This document shows, one piece after another, positions 62,862 through 64,000 of a DNA stretch of 64,000 nt. Below the pieces are notes generated by a model. That model was not told the origin of the DNA. It saw nothing but the letters and a program-made list of their open reading frames with translations, and ran no database searches. The stretch's first letter is position 1. Every line of letters starts with the position of its first letter. The position numbers and the translations under genes were made by a program. This DNA is from Octopus bimaculoides (Eukaryota): assembly GCF_001194135.2 (NCBI RefSeq), contig NC_069007.1, positions 2,445,697 to 2,509,696 of the forward strand, in the 5' to 3' direction.

Positions 62862-64000
62862 GTATATATGTAAGAGTGTGTGTGTGTATTTGTATTTCTG
62901 CTTTGTTTGTTTGTGTAATTTGTAAATTTTGCACACAGAGACATGAAGTGTACTGTGTCGTGGCGCAGTGTGGTGCTAGGTGGTTTTCATTGGTTGTGAC
63001 GTGGAACATGAACTGTGACAGCAGAGTCCTTTCATCTCATCTATTATTGCTACGTGATTTTCTGTTTAATTTCCTGCATTTCTTTTTAATTCTTACTTTT
63101 TAATTTCTATTTCTTTTTTGCAATTTTTATTTCATATTTTTTTCATCGAATTTCCTCTTCGATTCAAATATTTCGTCCTATTAATTCAATCGAATATCTT
63201 CATATTTACTCCCAATTTTAGGGTTTTTCCTTTTATCTGTTTGCTTGTTTTTGATTATATTTTATCCTTCTATTTCTTTTTGTATTTTTTACATGTTTCC
63301 TTTTTCTCTCCTTGGATTTGTTGTTTGTTTTTATTCTTTCGTTTGTTTAACTTTATATATTTTTGTGGGCTGGAGATATTAGAATGTTTATTTTTATAGC
63401 AATATATTTATGATATATATATATATATATATTAATGAAAAAACAACGATTATTTAGGTCAAACTCAACACCACCATCATCATAATCATCACAATTATTC
63501 CTATCATCATCGTTGACATCATTGTTGTTGTTGTTGTTGGTATCAGTTACAGAGAAGCAATTTACAATTTACTCTAAACTACTTGCTTAATACGACGAGA
63601 CACACTGCCACACACACCCACACAAAGCACACATGAATACACAGATACACATTACATATCAATGTATATCATGTGTGTTGCTATGTATGCATATCTAAAT
63701 GTGTGTATAGATGTGTGAGTGTGTAGGCCTTTATATAGGTATGCATATTTTTCAGAATGTGAATATGTTAATCACCAGCGGAACAGACAACTTTCAAAAT
63801 GTCAGGCAATGGGTAAATGCCAACCTCAGAATAAATAATTCCTCTTATTTATCGTTTTTAATATAGTCCACATGGTCACATCTATTGAGGTCAACAGTGC
63901 AATAGCTGGCATCGGCCCCAATATTTCACAGCTACTTTATTTTATCGCACCCCAGATAGTTGACAAGTAAACTTCAGCTCCAGCTCCGAGTGATTTTTCA

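Overview
This is AT-rich eukaryotic genomic DNA, dense in microsatellites, with 10 assembly gaps. The repeat families and composition point to an octopus genome (inference, not verifiable here). Almost every ORF in the supplied track is a translation artefact of (TA)n/(CA)n/trinucleotide repeats or N-runs, and I cannot name any host gene. Supported content: many copies of three tRNA-derived SINE families (called A, B, C here); decayed coding relics of a pogo/Tigger transposase, a Tc1/mariner (DD37D-like) transposase, an RTE LINE, an R4/Dong-like RLE LINE and three Penelope-like element fragments; three MITEs; a 96-bp SINE-head satellite in two arrays; and a local ~340-bp duplication. Several isolated segments with canonical splice sites may be exons of an unidentified large-intron gene. 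The best hunt result is three separate minimal type I hammerhead-ribozyme-like motifs, each with a palindromic stem III, in the same window as the Penelope relics. Other notable items are a 41-bp-arm fold-back hairpin and an inverted pair of CTCF-like motifs. All alignments were done by eye; boundaries of degenerate repeats are approximate.
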